The notes under the pieces: model-generated
Databases searched by the model: none
What the model was told of the DNA's origin: nothing
Seen by the model: the letters and a program-made list of their open reading frames with translations, nothing else
Made by a program: the position numbers and the translations under genes
Shown: positions 1 through 14,390 of the stretch, one piece after another
How positions within the stretch are numbered: position 1 is the stretch's first letter
How the letters are laid out: each line of letters begins with the position of its first letter
Assembly: GCF_006345805.1 (NCBI RefSeq)
Contig: NW_021833909.1
Location: forward strand, 7,102-71,101
Source of the DNA: Octopus sinensis
Taxonomy: Eukaryota
Reading direction: 5' to 3'
DNA: 64,000 nt

Positions 1-263
1 AAACTTTTAGTTCGCTAATATACTCCTTATTTCCTTCCTTTCCTAAATTAACTCCTTATATACATCTCTACTATATACCTCTATTTAATAATTTCGCATA
101 GTTTCTGATGAAAGTATATCCCTAATATCCCAGAATCCTAAAAATTCCACACACACATGGCTTTGTTTTCTCATTTTATTTAACATATACATATCCGCCT
201 AAGGGAATGTTAAAACAATCATGATGCCACCTGGTTAACCACATACATTGCTAGAACATTCCG

Positions 264-329
<66 letters not shown>

Positions 330-1191
330 TATAAACGTCAATAAAAGAAAATGGAGACGAGAAATTAAAAAGGTCACTTGGTTAATTTCATTTGCATTAC
401 AATTGGAAATCTGGCGCACATTAAAAGATTAGAAGATGTACCTATAAGAACAAGTATAAAAGAAACCGAAAGAAATACAAAAGGCACGAAATAACGCCAA
501 AATATGGAAAGGATATTCTACATATGTTTCAATATAACAATATTTTAAAATTATCAGTAATTGTAACTTTTGAAGATGTAATATGCAGTATATTGTTAGA
601 TGTATCTTCTTCAGGAAAAATAAGTATATTTTAGTGTTGAGTTGCGAAATGATTTATTTGAGGACTATGTTCAAGAATTTTCTAATGTAAACATACAACT
701 TTTAAATTCGGAGATTTCATGTGATAAGAAATTTATCAATTTAAATTTAGCTAATATTGGACGTTAAAATGCTAGTAAAACATCAAATTTATTTGAAAAA
801 ATTGCATTATATTTATATTTATAAATGTGTATGTAAGGCAGGTGGTAGGAAGACGGTTGTAGCTGATGGCCAGAGGTGTAATATGCTAAAATATTTTTGG
901 GAATTGTAAATAAAGATTGGATGAATAGCATTGCTGTTATTTAGGAATTAAATTAGTCAGGATGTAATTCTCGGTGTTCGAAGAAAAAATATTTTTTTTT
1001 ATTTAAAATATAGAGTGTATAAACACTATGCAAAACCCACTTACGAAACGTTGCTAAATGCTAGACAAAATTAAAAGCGGTGTTACAGGATAAATTCCCT
1101 AGGTCAAAATTTGAGTAACTAGTCATCTCCCTTTATTTCATATATATGTGTAATCATGCCATTCATATTAAAAAAAATGAAGTGTATATAT

Positions 1192-1250
<59 letters not shown>

Positions 1251-1675
1251 ATGTACTGTATGTATATGCAAGTATGTATGTTTTATTGTGTCTTCACCCT
1301 TCATAGGTGTCTAAGAAAATCATGATATGAGTTATACATCAGTAAACCGATGGCTGGCAGATTTACACAGTGTCGGCAAGACGAAATGTTAGAATATGTG
1401 TTGCAGACGAAATTAAATAGGAAATAGTATTATCGCATAATCAGCAATACTTGATTGATTAGCTCTATTACACTGCATTTGGACATATCGAATCTAATCT
1501 GACAATGTTGATTTACTTCTCTGTGAACGACAGTCAGACTTGTCAACGTCAGGCCGACGTTAGATAACGTGTTTTTCCGTAGACTAAACTCTCAGTTATG
1601 TGACATTATAGCTTTTCTCATCAGAGACCGTAAAGTTGAATCGTTAAGATATTTAGCGAAACATTAATATATTAA

Positions 1676-1905
1676 GGCGGCGAGCTGGCAGAAACGTTAG
1701 CACGCCAGGCGAAATGCGTAGCCGTATTTCGTCTGCCGTTACGTTCTGAGTTCAAATTCCGCCGAGGTCGACTTTGCCTTTCATCCTTCCGGGGTCGTTA
1801 AATTAAGTACCAGTTACGCACTGGGGTCGATGTAATCGACTTAATCCGTTTGTCTGTCCTTGTTTGTACCATCTGTGTTTAGCCCCTTGTGGGTAGTAAA
1901 TAAAT
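1676..1905 (+). mobile_element. tRNA-derived SINE, family A, full-length monomer with TSD
   Basis: GGCGGCGAGCTGGCAGAAACGTTAG head with A-box-like TGGCAGAAACGTTAG and B-box GAGTTCAAATTCC. Body near-identical to copies at 3730, 49183, 52555 and 57141. 14-bp direct repeat ATATTTAGCGAAAC at 1649-1662 and 1906-1919. Confidence 0.9.
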
Positions 1906-2004
1906 ATATTTAGCGAAACCACTGAGGGGTCATCCTGCGTGCTGGTTCAACCAGCTAGTAACAGAAATGAAGTGCCTCTCAAATTGCTGTCCTAAAAAGT
2001 GGTT

Positions 2005-2215
2005 TTCTATTCTGGTACAAAAGCAGCAATTTTGAAGGGTGGTGGGGGTCATGTCGATTTTATCAACTCCGGTGCTCAAATGTTATTTATTTTATCGATC
2101 CCGAAAGTATGACAGGCGAAGTTAAACTGGAGAATTTGAGCTCAGAATGTAAAAACGGTCGAAATGCCACCAAGTATTTTTCCGGTGCGCTAACGATTCT
2201 GCCAGTTTGCCACGT
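2005..2215 (-). mobile_element. Old diverged SINE-A-related copy
   Basis: Degenerate match to the family A minus strand (ATCGATCCCGAAAG...AATTTGAGCTCAGAATGTAAA...GCGCTAACGATTCTGCCAG) with a different 3' tail. Confidence 0.6.
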
Positions 2216-3729
2216 TTGCTGCCTTAACGATTAATCACCAAAATAAATTACCTTTGAGACAGAAAGCCAGCTATTTGGGTGTAGATCTTAGTCAATTACG
2301 GTCTTGAACTGAATATCCTAACCCCCCTTTATATCCACCCCCCCTTTATATTTGGTAAAATATAGAACATAAGAAAAGAGTCGAGTGACTTCATATTTCT
2401 GTAGTCTGGTACTCTTTGAGTATCCCTCAGAAGCTCAACCAGCACAGATCAGGATTTTTTTCAAACGCTGTGATGACAATAAGATCTCCTATCACATAAT
2501 CAAACAGAGTGTAAAGCATTCCGATTTCCCCTACATATTCGAGACATGAGAACCGGTCGAAAATTACATAATTAAATGATTCTACTTTAAATAAATATGC
2601 TGGGTATATAAATTGCGGTCGTGTATTTTGTTTTCCCTTGCTTGAGATTAAAATTGAGTCAGTGAGGAATTTTCTATGCACGATCTTTTAAACAAAATAA
2701 AATGGTTACAAGATATATTCTGTCTGTCTGTCTGTCTTACTCCATCTTTATCTTTCCTTCTCTGTCATTTCTATCGTTTGATCTCGTGTTCTCGAAGTTG
2801 CCTAATCTCTTAACCTGAACTATCGCACTCGCGAGCCACTCAACTCACCCCGCTACGTCATTACCAATGAGACGGAACCATTTCTGCCACACTGCCCACT
2901 AGTCCAAGTACGTTATTACCAAAATATCGACCCACGGGAAACTTCTGCTTGTTCATATCGTCTTAAAAGATTGGATGGTTAGGATTTGAGCGCTGTTTGT
3001 TATAAGTCAGATCGAACGGAACGAACCCTAGAAAAAGCAACAACATCAATAATAGCAGCAGCAGCAGCAGTAGTAGTATTAGCAGCAACGACAACAACAG
3101 CATCAACAATGGCTGTGTCAACAACAACTTCACTAGATTTCTATTTAGCCGAGCTCTGATTGTTTAAACAGTTGAGTTGTTTGTAAAGTGCCTGACGAAA
3201 ATATTGAATTCTAAGCAGATTATAGCGTTTGAAATTCTGACTCAAGGAAATTAAATCCGTGCTTACCAAAGATCAAATTAAATTAACATTTAGTCCTCAA
3301 GCTAATATTTTAATCTCCTCATTGCATGCGTTTATTGAAATTTAAATTAATTCAAACTGCAGAATTATCACCCCTTTTGCATGGGCCTCTTATGATTAGC
3401 ATTAGTCATTGAGGCTATCCTGCACACACCTCCCCTCTTCAAATTTACCTGCAAAGTGAACTTTGCTTAATTACGGATTTTATGCCATCAGCAGCGCTAA
3501 GTACATTAGCACTGAAATTGTTTGCGGCGAACCGACGTCATCGTTTGTGGGTAGGTCATATGCTTTGAAGTAATTGTTGCAAACCGCTATTCTCTAAGTT
3601 CGTATCCGTCCTTAACCAAATTTTTCTTTCCTTATTTCGTAGTTTTTAATCAAAGTAAAAAAAGAAATCTTGCAAAGACGATTGGTTAATTTGTTGGTGT
3701 CTTACGAATTGCTTTGCGGCATTAGTTTT

Positions 3730-3966
3730 GGCGGCGAGCTGGCAGAATCGTTAGCACGCCAGGCGAAATGCTTAGCAGTACTTCGTCTGCCGTTACGTTC
3801 TGAGTTCAAATTCCGCCGAGGATGAGTTTGCATTTCATCCTTTCGGGGTCGATTAAATAAGTACCAGTTACGCACTGGAGTCGATATAATCGACTTAATC
3901 CATTTGTCTGTCCTTGTTTGTCCTCTCTGTGTTTAGCCCCTCGTGGGTAGTAAAGAAATAGGTATT
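3730..3966 (+). mobile_element. tRNA-derived SINE, family A monomer
   Basis: Same head, A/B boxes and body as 1676. Ends AAAGAAATAGGTATT. Possible imperfect TSD ATTAGTTTT / ATTAGCTTT. Confidence 0.9.
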
Positions 3967-4214
3967 AGCTTTAGCTCTTTGCATTCTGAGGATTTTAGCA
4001 ATAGCCTTACTTTGTAATCCAGATTTAAGTCGTCACCTGAGATGCCTTGAGCAAAATAACCCCTTTTGTATGATTTCCGGCAAGGTCTGTGGTTAGAGGT
4101 TCTATCTTATTGTGCACCGGTAATAGTTAGGGTCACTAAGAAGAGGACTCTGAGGAACTGAATTTCTTTCCTTAACTAAGTGATTACAAAATAAATCCTA
4201 ATCTACTATCATTT

Positions 4215-4700
4215 TTTATGTTAATGACGTCCCTTTCAAACTGTGGTACCTCAACAGCCGCAGGGAAATATTAGCAGGAAGGAAATTCCAGAGAAACGAT
4301 TTTCTAAGATGTCAGGATTGGAGATAGTGCTTAGCTGAAGAGAAGAGAAAGTTTCATGTACCTAGGTTGACTGGAGTTGGAGAGACAACTGGGCCAAGGG
4401 ATGGAGATGTGAGTTAATTTAGCAGCAAATTCTAGGCGACTCTGTGGGGGGTGGTGCCAAATAATTTATTTCAGAGGACTAGAGGACTGAGAAGCAAAGA
4501 TGCTATATGATTTAACTGCCCGCATCACAGAGGATGATATTTGACAATTTAGCTTTGAGAACCAGAGGAGTGAAAGGGGTACAAACGAAGTAATTTAGCT
4601 CTGAGGACCAGAGGAATGAAAAGCGAGATAACCAGACAGTATAGAGGAGAGGAAGAGAGAACTGAGAAAGGCAGTACAAGATAATATAGCTGTGGGGATC
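4215..4700 (-). mobile_element. Heavily decayed 3' end of a CR1/L2-type LINE ORF2
   Basis: Minus-strand pieces translate to LWNFLPANI..., (V)PQFERDVIN and ...LWSSELNYFV..., resembling the C-terminal LWNSLP...FKR motif region of CR1/L2-group ORF2. Several frameshifts; weak match. Confidence 0.35.
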
Positions 4701-4869
4701 AGATGCCACTATCATTGTCAATAGAGAAAAGGGATTAAAAAGATCCTGACCCAGCCATAACCCTAGACGAGGACAAAAAATATTTGTTGTCCCCTTCATA
4801 GTCATTGCTATAATAACCAGGGACCCATTAAACCTGCATGACTCCGCATTTCTCTATGTAATAATTTAA

Positions 4870-5005
4870 AATTTTGGCGAAAGGCTATCAATTTCGGGGG
4901 AAGGGGTAAGTCGATTGCATCGAGCCCATGTTCAACGGGTACATATTTTATCGATTCCGAAATGATAAAATGTAAAGTCGACCTCTGCAGAATTTGAATT
5001 CACGG
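4870..5005 (-). mobile_element. SINE-A-related fragment
   Basis: GGTAAGTCGATTGCATCGAGCCC...AAAGTCGACCTCTGCAGAATTTGAATTCA matches the family A body in reverse. Confidence 0.6.
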
Positions 5006-6017
5006 CGAAAAGAGAAAAAAGTGTGTATGTGCATGTGTGTGTGTTTGTGTGTGTGTGTGCGCCCGCGCTTATAATTGCGTATGATAGTTTGCTTAAGAAG
5101 CTGTTTCAAGCATGTGGTTTGGGGTTCAATCCCGCTTTGCTAACACGGCGGAAAAAAAAAACTGTAGAATAGCCCGAGACCTACTAATAACTTCTAAGTT
5201 AAGGTTATAAAAGGAAACTGTAGAGAATCTCTTCGTATATAGAACTGATGGTGAATCTAACTGAGTTTCACGGAAGATGTTGAAGACATCCAGAACTTAT
5301 CGGAAATTGCACCGGTCATTATTGGGATCTAACAATTTGCTTAATATTTTGCACTGAATCTCTCATATCATATTTTTAAAATCAACTTTCCACAATTACA
5401 TTTTGTACGTGTTGTTTCTACTTTTAATTGGATAAATAAATAATTAAATCAAAGGATTTTACGCCTCTATACATATGTAATCACTATTAATTAATTAAAT
5501 GATTAATTTTCTTTTATTTTTGTTTATTTTTTATTTATTTTTAGTTTTAATACATTAAGTATATTAGAATTTACTGGCAATCAGAAAAAAAAAAAGATGT
5601 TCGACTGCCGTGTGTAAGTCGACGGTGTGTAACTGGAATCTTGGTTCAAGTCACGGAATGGAACCAATTTTTTCTGCCTTTCCCAAACACCTGTACAAGT
5701 CTAATACTCGCATGTCTTATATGAGCTGATATAGTTGTTGCAGTGACTACTTATGAAATTGGTGGTAAACCAACTAAAAGAGGTAAAAGCAACGGTGCTT
5801 AAAGTCACATGAAATGGAAAGAGTGAAAATATATATTTAAATATATATATATATCTATATATATATATATATATATTCAATAGCACGTGAAAACATTTTG
5901 AAATTTTAAAATCGGTACGTAATGTAAAAAATGGAATGGGTCGTGTATTCATACACACATACACACAACCTACACATGTATACACACGTACATATAAAAA
6001 AAAATATATATATATAT

Positions 6018-6052
<35 letters not shown>

Positions 6053-6684
6053 GGGCGAGAGAGAGGAGAGAGGGATAGCTATAAATATAGATATGTTTTC
6101 AAGGGTGTGAATACTTACATCTCTCTATCTATATATGTCTATTTAGACACATCCGTGCTGCAATCACACGTATCATAGGCATCAAATAGTTATGTGGGAG
6201 TATATCTCTCTTTGTGTGTGCGTGTGAATGTATGTGTGCCTGTGAACATGTGTGTGTATATGTGTGGGTATGTGTATGTGTATGTAAGCACAAGTCCGAA
6301 GCACAAACTCATATACACCTATAACAAAAATATTACAAACAAGTGCAATCCATGTTTAAAATACACGCACACAACTTCGAAACCATTCGTGTGAAATTTC
6401 TCCGCACGAATTGAAAAAATTAACCACACACAAACATACTTACACACACACGGACAAATACACACACGCACACACACACACACACATACACGCATATACA
6501 AAACACTCTAATGCACACACGGAAGCGTATGGAAAGATACGTTAGCGTAAATATCTGTATTCTGAAAATCCCACGCAGTTACGAAATCAAACGAAAGAAA
6601 TGTGAACCAATATAAATAACTCAATGAAATTTAGAATGAACATATGAATATATATATATCTATATATATAGAATATATATATAT

Positions 6685-6728
<44 letters not shown>

Positions 6729-7030
6729 TTATTATTAATATTACAAGGCGTGTATATATCAGAAACGAGAGATAGTTAGCTGTAGGTATATGAATGTAAA
6801 AATACGGTTGTATGATAAAAGGATGCGAGTTAAGAGAAAATAAAACAGAAAAGAAAAATGCTGTCAAACTCCGAAATGGCTTACTGATACACGTTTAACA
6901 TTTATGCATATTCCTATGTAAAAACGTACATGCATAAATAGAGACTTGCACAAATTTAAGTTCATATGTAGGAGGAAAGACAAACACATACACACACACA
7001 TATATATATATACGTATATATATATATATA

Positions 7031-7155
7031 CTGAAGATTTCATCTGAATGAAACAGTTCTAGTCCTGTAGAAGCTCCTTCTATAAAATAAATTACTTTAC
7101 TCTGCTATATTTGAGTACCTTATCTACTGTGGTTAATCCGACTCAACCGGGACCT
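7031..7155 (+). mobile_element. Penelope-like terminal-repeat remnant with hammerhead core words
   Basis: CTGAAGA-N12-GAAAC...GTC, followed by ATAAATTACTTTACTCTGCTATATTTGAGTAC, which resembles the ATTACTCTACCTCTGGTATTTGAGTAC segment near 20687. Confidence 0.35.
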
Positions 7156-7249
7156 ACACACACACACACACACACACAAGATATATATATATTATATATA
7201 TATATATATTATATATATAATATATATATATACCCACACACACACACAC

Positions 7250-7290
<41 letters not shown>

Positions 7291-8000
7291 AATATATATA
7301 TATATATAAATATGTATATGCATATGCACATGTTTATATATATTTATATATCTATACATATATATGTATGTATATATGAATGTATTTACGCATGTATACA
7401 TTCTAGCAAGGTTCTGTTATGCAACCGTCATATACATGTATGCAAATTTTCTAAACTGTCAACTCGTATATCCGTTAAATGAAGACATATGTGTGTGTGC
7501 ATATATATATATATATATAGTATATAAGAAAAAGGGACAAGCAAAACAGATTTGTTATTCTTTGTAAGCCTAGTACTTATTCTATCGTTCTCTTTTGCCG
7601 AACCACTATGTGTATACATTTTTTGGGGACACCCTTATATATGTATTTATCATGTATAGATGTATATATATATATGCATACTTGTATACATATGAACAAT
7701 AAACGTGTCTATATATATATATATATATATAAATTTCATCATGCCAAGGACCTGTATATAATCCTTCAAAAACGTGTACATCCTGGTTCTCCGATTTTAC
7801 CAGTATTCAATGAGTAACTAAATACGTTTCGCGTTGCATTGATAAATATGGATATTAAGTTATTATGAATAAGAAAAAGAACAAAAGCATTTCATATGAT
7901 ATTGATTGAATATGTTTGATAAAATGTTAATTTCTCTATTTCGTTTTATCCTCATATAGATATATTATATATATAATATATATATATATATAATATATAT

Positions 8001-8419
8001 ATATATGTATCAAATGAAATAAATGAAAAACAGGGCACAAAAGATGTTGCGGTACATATGCTTCGAGCTTTTTAGAACACCCTATTTCTACATCAATGCA
8101 TAATCGACATAAGCGATGTTCAAAATCCGTCTACAGCCGCATGCAATTGCTACACCCAAAGGACTTGTATCACATTATAAAAGGCTTAACGAAAAATCAT
8201 TTGATATTGTTTATAATGTTTAAATACAATACCAAATGTTTTTCCTCAAACCTTTCGTAATGTGATACAAGTCTTTGATGTACCAATTGCATGCTTTTGA
8301 ACTAACGGTTATGCCGATTATGCATTGATGTAAGAATAAGGTGTTCTATAAAGCTCGAAACATATGTACCGCAACATCTTTGTGTCCTGCTTTTCATTTA
8401 TTTCATTTGATACATATAT
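8001..8419. mobile_element. Palindromic foldback/MITE-like element (~420 bp)
   Basis: Two ~205-bp arms are reverse complements, about 85% identical by eye (e.g. CAAATGAAATAAATGAAAA..AGATGTTGCGGTACATATG vs CATATGTACCGCAACATCT..TTTTCATTTATTTCATTTG). Tiny central loop near 8215. The left arm abuts a TA tract. Confidence 0.9.
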
Positions 8420-8482
8420 CCTCTCACCTATGCTACTAGCTGGCATATACAGGTGCTTACATTTATCATGTATTCACCCTGA

Positions 8483-8528
<46 letters not shown>

Positions 8529-8909
8529 GTGTATGTATGTATGTTTGTTAAGAAATTATTTTGTAAAAAAGATATATGGAATTAGACAAGGTGATCGGAT
8601 AGATGCATTTAGCAGGATTGTAAGACTCGTATATGTTGACACGGTTCCATCACAATAATCCTTGCCGAAGAATAATCTGCCGCCACGTGCAGTGAGTGAT
8701 TAGTAAAATTAAATAATCCCTGGTAATCTATACTAATTATTCATGCAACTCGATTTTTTTTTACTGGTCTAACGTCCTTAGTCTGTTACAAAGGGGCAGT
8801 GGAGAAATGGGTATGGACATAATTATACTCTCAAGTTTCAAACCTCGGACGGTTACATACGGAAAGAAAGGATTCCTGTTCGAGATCGTAAACAGATATT
8901 AGGAGCAAT

Positions 8910-8996
<87 letters not shown>

Positions 8997-9365
8997 CTTA
9001 CATTCACATATATACTTGCGTACACAAGTATTACTTAATGTATACATACGTAGAGACTCACACACAGTCACAAACAAACACTTACACACACACACACAAA
9101 TATATTTACATATATATATATGTATATATGTATATAAGTATATGCGTGTGTGTGTGTGTGTCTATGTATGTATACATTAAGAATTGTTTGTATGCACAAG
9201 TATATGCGAACATATATATACACACAAGAACACGTATGTATAACTATATATATGTATGCGGGTGTTTGTTGTATCTGTGTGTGCCTCTCAGTATATACAT
9301 ATATACATATATACAACTATATATATACGGACATACATGCATACACACACAAGCATATGTATGAA

Positions 9366-9442
<77 letters not shown>

Positions 9443-9740
9443 GGAGAGAAAGAAAGAGAAAGAGGGAGAGTGGAAGGGAGAGAGTAAGTTATGTATGCAT
9501 TCATATATGTGCGCTAGCTGGTTCAGAAATCTGATTCTATTTTGTGATTGTTATATTTCTTCACATATTTTACATATCCCCATTCGATCGTTCGATCGTT
9601 AATTGATTCTACCGAAGCGAGAATATATGTAGGCGATCTTTGATGTTTACTGGTGGTTTATGTCAGGTTATTCATTGCATCGTCTGTCTCCCAATTTCTC
9701 CCTCTCTATCTAAAACATAATATTATATATATATATATAT

Positions 9741-9777
<37 letters not shown>

Positions 9778-10589
9778 TATTATATATATATATTATATAT
9801 ATATACATATGTACACTTATTAATGTTTGTCTCTATGCACATAGAACTGAGAAAGCGGATGTTTGGTACGCCGATAGTCAGCGATAAAAACGAAATAGAG
9901 AAAGCGAGAGAGGAAATTTTGTATAGTAGAGCGAATGAGTGCGTTCGGAGATAAGTGACTGCTTCATTTAAGCGTGATCGAATTATTGAGTAGAATAATT
10001 CAAGCAGAAACAGTTTTAATCCTCTACATCTCTATGAATATATAAAGAGAATCTAGAAACCGTAATCCTTATACGATTATTGTGGATATTCTGGATTCAG
10101 TAAAGTCATTTGAGATCTATTTTGCTAATCGTTCAGATAAATTGCCTGCCTTAAGTGATGCGAATAATCAGCACTTGGTTCATTTTTAATTTTATTTTTC
10201 ACTGTTCTTTTCGGAGAGTACATGCGTGTGTGTGTGTATGTGTGTGTGTATATTAGACAGATAGATTTATGTAACATAGGTAAGCAACTAATCACTGACA
10301 TACACATTCTTATATGCGTTTACCTATCCATTTGTGTACATAAGCAGGTGCTTTTATATTTATATTATTATGTACATATATATATATATATAAATAAGAT
10401 ATATAATTATATATATAATATATATATATAATATAATATATATATAATATATATATATATTCTATATATATATATATAATATATTTTATATATAGCAGGT
10501 GCGTAGTTATTTGAGGATATAACATTTTGGGTGTCATTGCTGCATTTTTTGCTAATTCTGTATAATCTTTGTTTCAGAAAATAATAATG

Positions 10590-11152
10590 GCAGACCCTCA
10601 GCTTACACATGAAATGAAGAGGCAAGCATAAAAAGCGTTCTAAACGCTCTGAATTCATCAGAACACGTGAACGTACCCAGCAAGTTTAACAGACCATTGA
10701 TTACAATCTCAGAAAATCCATGCGGTCAATTGCAAAAGTTCTCCATTTGTCAGAAGGAACAGTTAGATATGTTGTCCAGGAAAATATCGCATATACAGTT
10801 TTTAATGATGAGGAAATGTCAATTTGGCAGAAAAAGCAAAAGAAAATCACTACATCCGATCTAAAAGACTCTTAATCAAACTGAAAAATTCAACAGAAGA
10901 TTTTATTGGGTTTTATCTCAAACGAGTAAAACCTAGACTAAGATCAAAAAGTTAGCAGAAGAAATAATAGATGGTTATATGCAGACCCTGCTATATTTCT
11001 AAGTGTTATACAAAGAAAAAGTTCCGCAATTGTCATGGTTTCGGGTGTTTTCAGTAATGAAGGTCATGTGATGCCTCCCTACTTCTTTCTACAAGGCCTT
11101 AGAGTCAGCTCTGCCGTCAACATTAACATCCTGAAAATGATTGTTAAGCCCT
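10590..11152 (+). pseudogene. Tc1/mariner-superfamily transposase remnant
   Basis: Frame pieces KSMRSIAKVLHLSEGTVRYVVQENIAY (HTH, from 10714), D*DQKVSRRNNRWLYADP (after the first catalytic D) and VMVSGVFSNEGHVMPPYFFLQGLRVSSAVNINILKMIVKP. Stops and frameshifts present. Confidence 0.85.
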
Positions 11153-11279
11153 TAAGTCGGTCATCACCATGACCGACCGGGCTATCAGATGTTGCTACAC
11201 ATCGCTGGTCACAATGCATTTCGCATCGTTTTGACTTTAGATGACGCCACCCCGCTGCCTAACCGAGCAGGCCAATGTA

Positions 11280-11312
<33 letters not shown>

Positions 11313-12149
11313 CATTTTTATAGTTGTATATATATCAATTAATGATTCACAGCACAACAAGAATTGCATTTCTGTCACGAAAATCTTCGTCGACATCTTA
11401 TGTATACTAGACTGAAAAATGTATCTGAATGTTTTTCGCGAAAATTGAACTCTCTCCGTAAAGAACCTGCTCCAAATATGACGAATGAAATTTTCTGACG
11501 TTCTGGCTGCTTGTCGTCCTGCCTGTAGTAGTAAATACATGTATCTAATTTAGCCAAAACGCTAGCACATTTGAAGTGATTTTTTTTTTTTTGGTAATTT
11601 GAAGTGAGCTGATGCCTTCAAACTGTATATGTAGAAACGAAGTGTTAAAATTAATTTCAGTTGATGATTTTAAGTTTAGTTTATTGACTCCGAAAGAAGG
11701 AATGTCTACCTTTGCCTCACCGTAATATGAACACACATCTGTAATAATAATTTTGTTGTGCCAAAAAAATCAAAATCAACAGATTTGAAGGGAGTGGATT
11801 CTGGGCTCAACAACAATGTGAACCTCATTTCAGTAACTAACGAACATGGACTAATACTACAAATTTATTTTCGTTTCCGGTGCTATAAGTATCTGGCCAC
11901 AACACCACCACCCTTGCCCATGCGTAACACTTTATACTATAGGAGTATGGCTGGAAATATTTCGGGGAGGAGAGAATGACCCACTGGTAAGTCTTATTTT
12001 TTTTATAGAAAATGAAGTGGTGAAAGTTTAAGATAAGTTGAGTTGTATTTGAACACAGAACGTAAAGAATCATAGGAAATGCCTCTAACTATTTTGCTAT
12101 TTTGCACGACTTGCCTTGCTAACCGAGCACCTTCCTGAACTGTGAAATT

Positions 12150-12540
12150 TAGTCAAAGTGGAATAAGTCGATTATATCCACCCTACTGTCCAGCCTGCTC
12201 TTACTTTATCTGCAGGAAGTGGTTGAATGGCTAAGTTGATATCGACGGAAATTCAACACAGAATATTAAAAGACAGAAGAAATGTGACGTGATATTTTGT
12301 CTGTGACGTTCACGTTTCTACCAAATACATTCTGACTTCAAACTTTGGTACATGGTCAAACATTTAGAGGGTGGGGGATAAGTCGATTACATGGATGCCA
12401 CAGTGCAACTGGTACATATCGTATCGTCCTTGAAGTAGTCAAAGGCAAGTCGACACCGGCAGAATATGAACTCAGAACGTAAAGACGGATAAAATTACGC
12501 TGAACTGTTTCCAAGTCTGCTAGTGATTGAGCCAATTCAA
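12150..12540 (-). mobile_element. Two tandem old SINE-A-related copies
   Basis: Two successive degenerate AATAAGTCGATTA...GAACTCAGAACGTAAAGACGG units in minus orientation. Confidence 0.6.
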
Positions 12541-12925
12541 CTTGTTAAGTAGGAATGCTTAAAGGAATGTCATTAGCCAGGTAAGTATGAAAATAGAATC
12601 CTATTATAACAAGATACAACAAGATTGGAACAAGTACTAAAGTCAAAGGTATCTTAAGATCAATATAGAAATTCTGATATAAAAACTTATTAAATATTTC
12701 ACAAACAAAAATGAACAGCAAGTCTGTAATTATAATCTAAAGCACACACAAAAAACAGCTGCAATATTCAATATTTCATTTGTGTGTTTATTTATTTATT
12801 TATTTATTTCATGTTGAGTTTGAACTGAAGATTTTTTTTATATTTCATTATATTTTTCAACTTACACACGTACGTATATCTCCATATACATTTAATATAT
12901 ATATATAAATATATACATATATATA

Positions 12926-12969
<44 letters not shown>

Positions 12970-13274
12970 ATATATATATAGTATATATATATAACACTAT
13001 ATATATATATTTACATATATATATATAGTTATATATATATATATACAATATATATATAGATATATATATATTATATATATATATATATATATAATATAAT
13101 ATTTTATATATATATATTAATGTATATATATCTATTACACTACATAACCGTATTTGTAGATGTACTTATAAATATATTTGCATACATTTATGTGTATATA
13201 CATATGGATATATGTATGTTCATATATAATCATTTATATATGAGTGTGAAAAATTATATGGAAAGCAATATAGG

Positions 13275-13308
<34 letters not shown>

Positions 13309-13610
13309 AAGAGGGAGCGAAAGAGAGATACATACGTTCATACATACACATGTACCTACCTACTTACCTACTTCCTACGTACCTACATACATACATACAC
13401 ACATACAAACATATAGAAATACATCTAAACAAATATGTGTACGTATATGGAGTGTCGATGTCGATATTAACATGTGCAAATTAAAATATAATCTGCTATA
13501 TTTCTCGCTAGAAGTCTGCGATTCACGATAATGTTCAACAAATGTTGGCAGGATTCCTGATTTGAACTTTGATCATATTTATGGCATAACCTGCAAAAAT
13601 ATAATTACGA

Positions 13611-14083
13611 GAAGAAGAAGAAGAAGAAGAAGAAGAAGAAGAAGAAGAAGAAGAAGAAGAAGAAGAAGAAGATCAACAAGTACAAAAAAATGTAGAATGG
13701 AAAGTACAAATAAGAGGGAAGTTGTGGTAAGGAGGGAGATAGAAGAAGAGTAAGAAGGTACAAAAGAGTGGGGGGGGGCGAAGAGGAAGAGGAGACTGAA
13801 AATAATTAAAAGAAAGGAAACAAGTGAAAAGAAGACAAATGAGGAAAAAAGGAAGGAAGGAAGGAAGAGAAGGGTGGAAAGGAAGGGGGTGGAGATGGAA
13901 TTAGAGAAAGTACAAGAATGAGAAGACGCGGGCGAAAGGGAATGTGGTGGTGACTGAATGAAGGAGGAGGCTGAGATGACGAAGAAATGGGGGAGAAGAA
14001 GAAGAAATAGAAGAAGAAGACGAAGAAGAACGAAGGACGGAAGAGAAGAAAGAGAAGAAGAAGAAGAAGAAATGATGATGATA

Positions 14084-14123
<40 letters not shown>

Positions 14124-14390
14124 GATGAAGAAGAAGAAGAAGAAGAAGAAGAAGAAGAAGACGAAGAAAAAGACAAAGGAGAAGAAGAAGAGATTATGAT
14201 GATGATAATAATAATAATAATAAGAAGAAGAATAAGAAAAAGAAGAAGAAGAAGAAGAAAAAGAAGAAGAAGAAGAAAAAGACGGACAAGAAGAAAAAGA
14301 AGAAGAAGAAGAAGAAGAAGAAGAAGAAGAGAAGAAGAATAACAACTACTACTACAACAACAAGACGAAGAAAACGTAGAGGAAAAAAGA
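13611..14390. repeat. Compound (GAA)n/(TAA)n purine-rich microsatellite block
   Basis: About 20 perfect GAA units at 13611-13672, then GA-rich and GAA/TAA tracts to ~14390. Source of the poly-R/S/F/L ORFs in the track. Confidence 0.95.

Noticed and set aside
5605-5665. B-box-like GGTTCAAGTC suggesting a tRNA
   Set aside because: No T-stem or cloverleaf can be formed.
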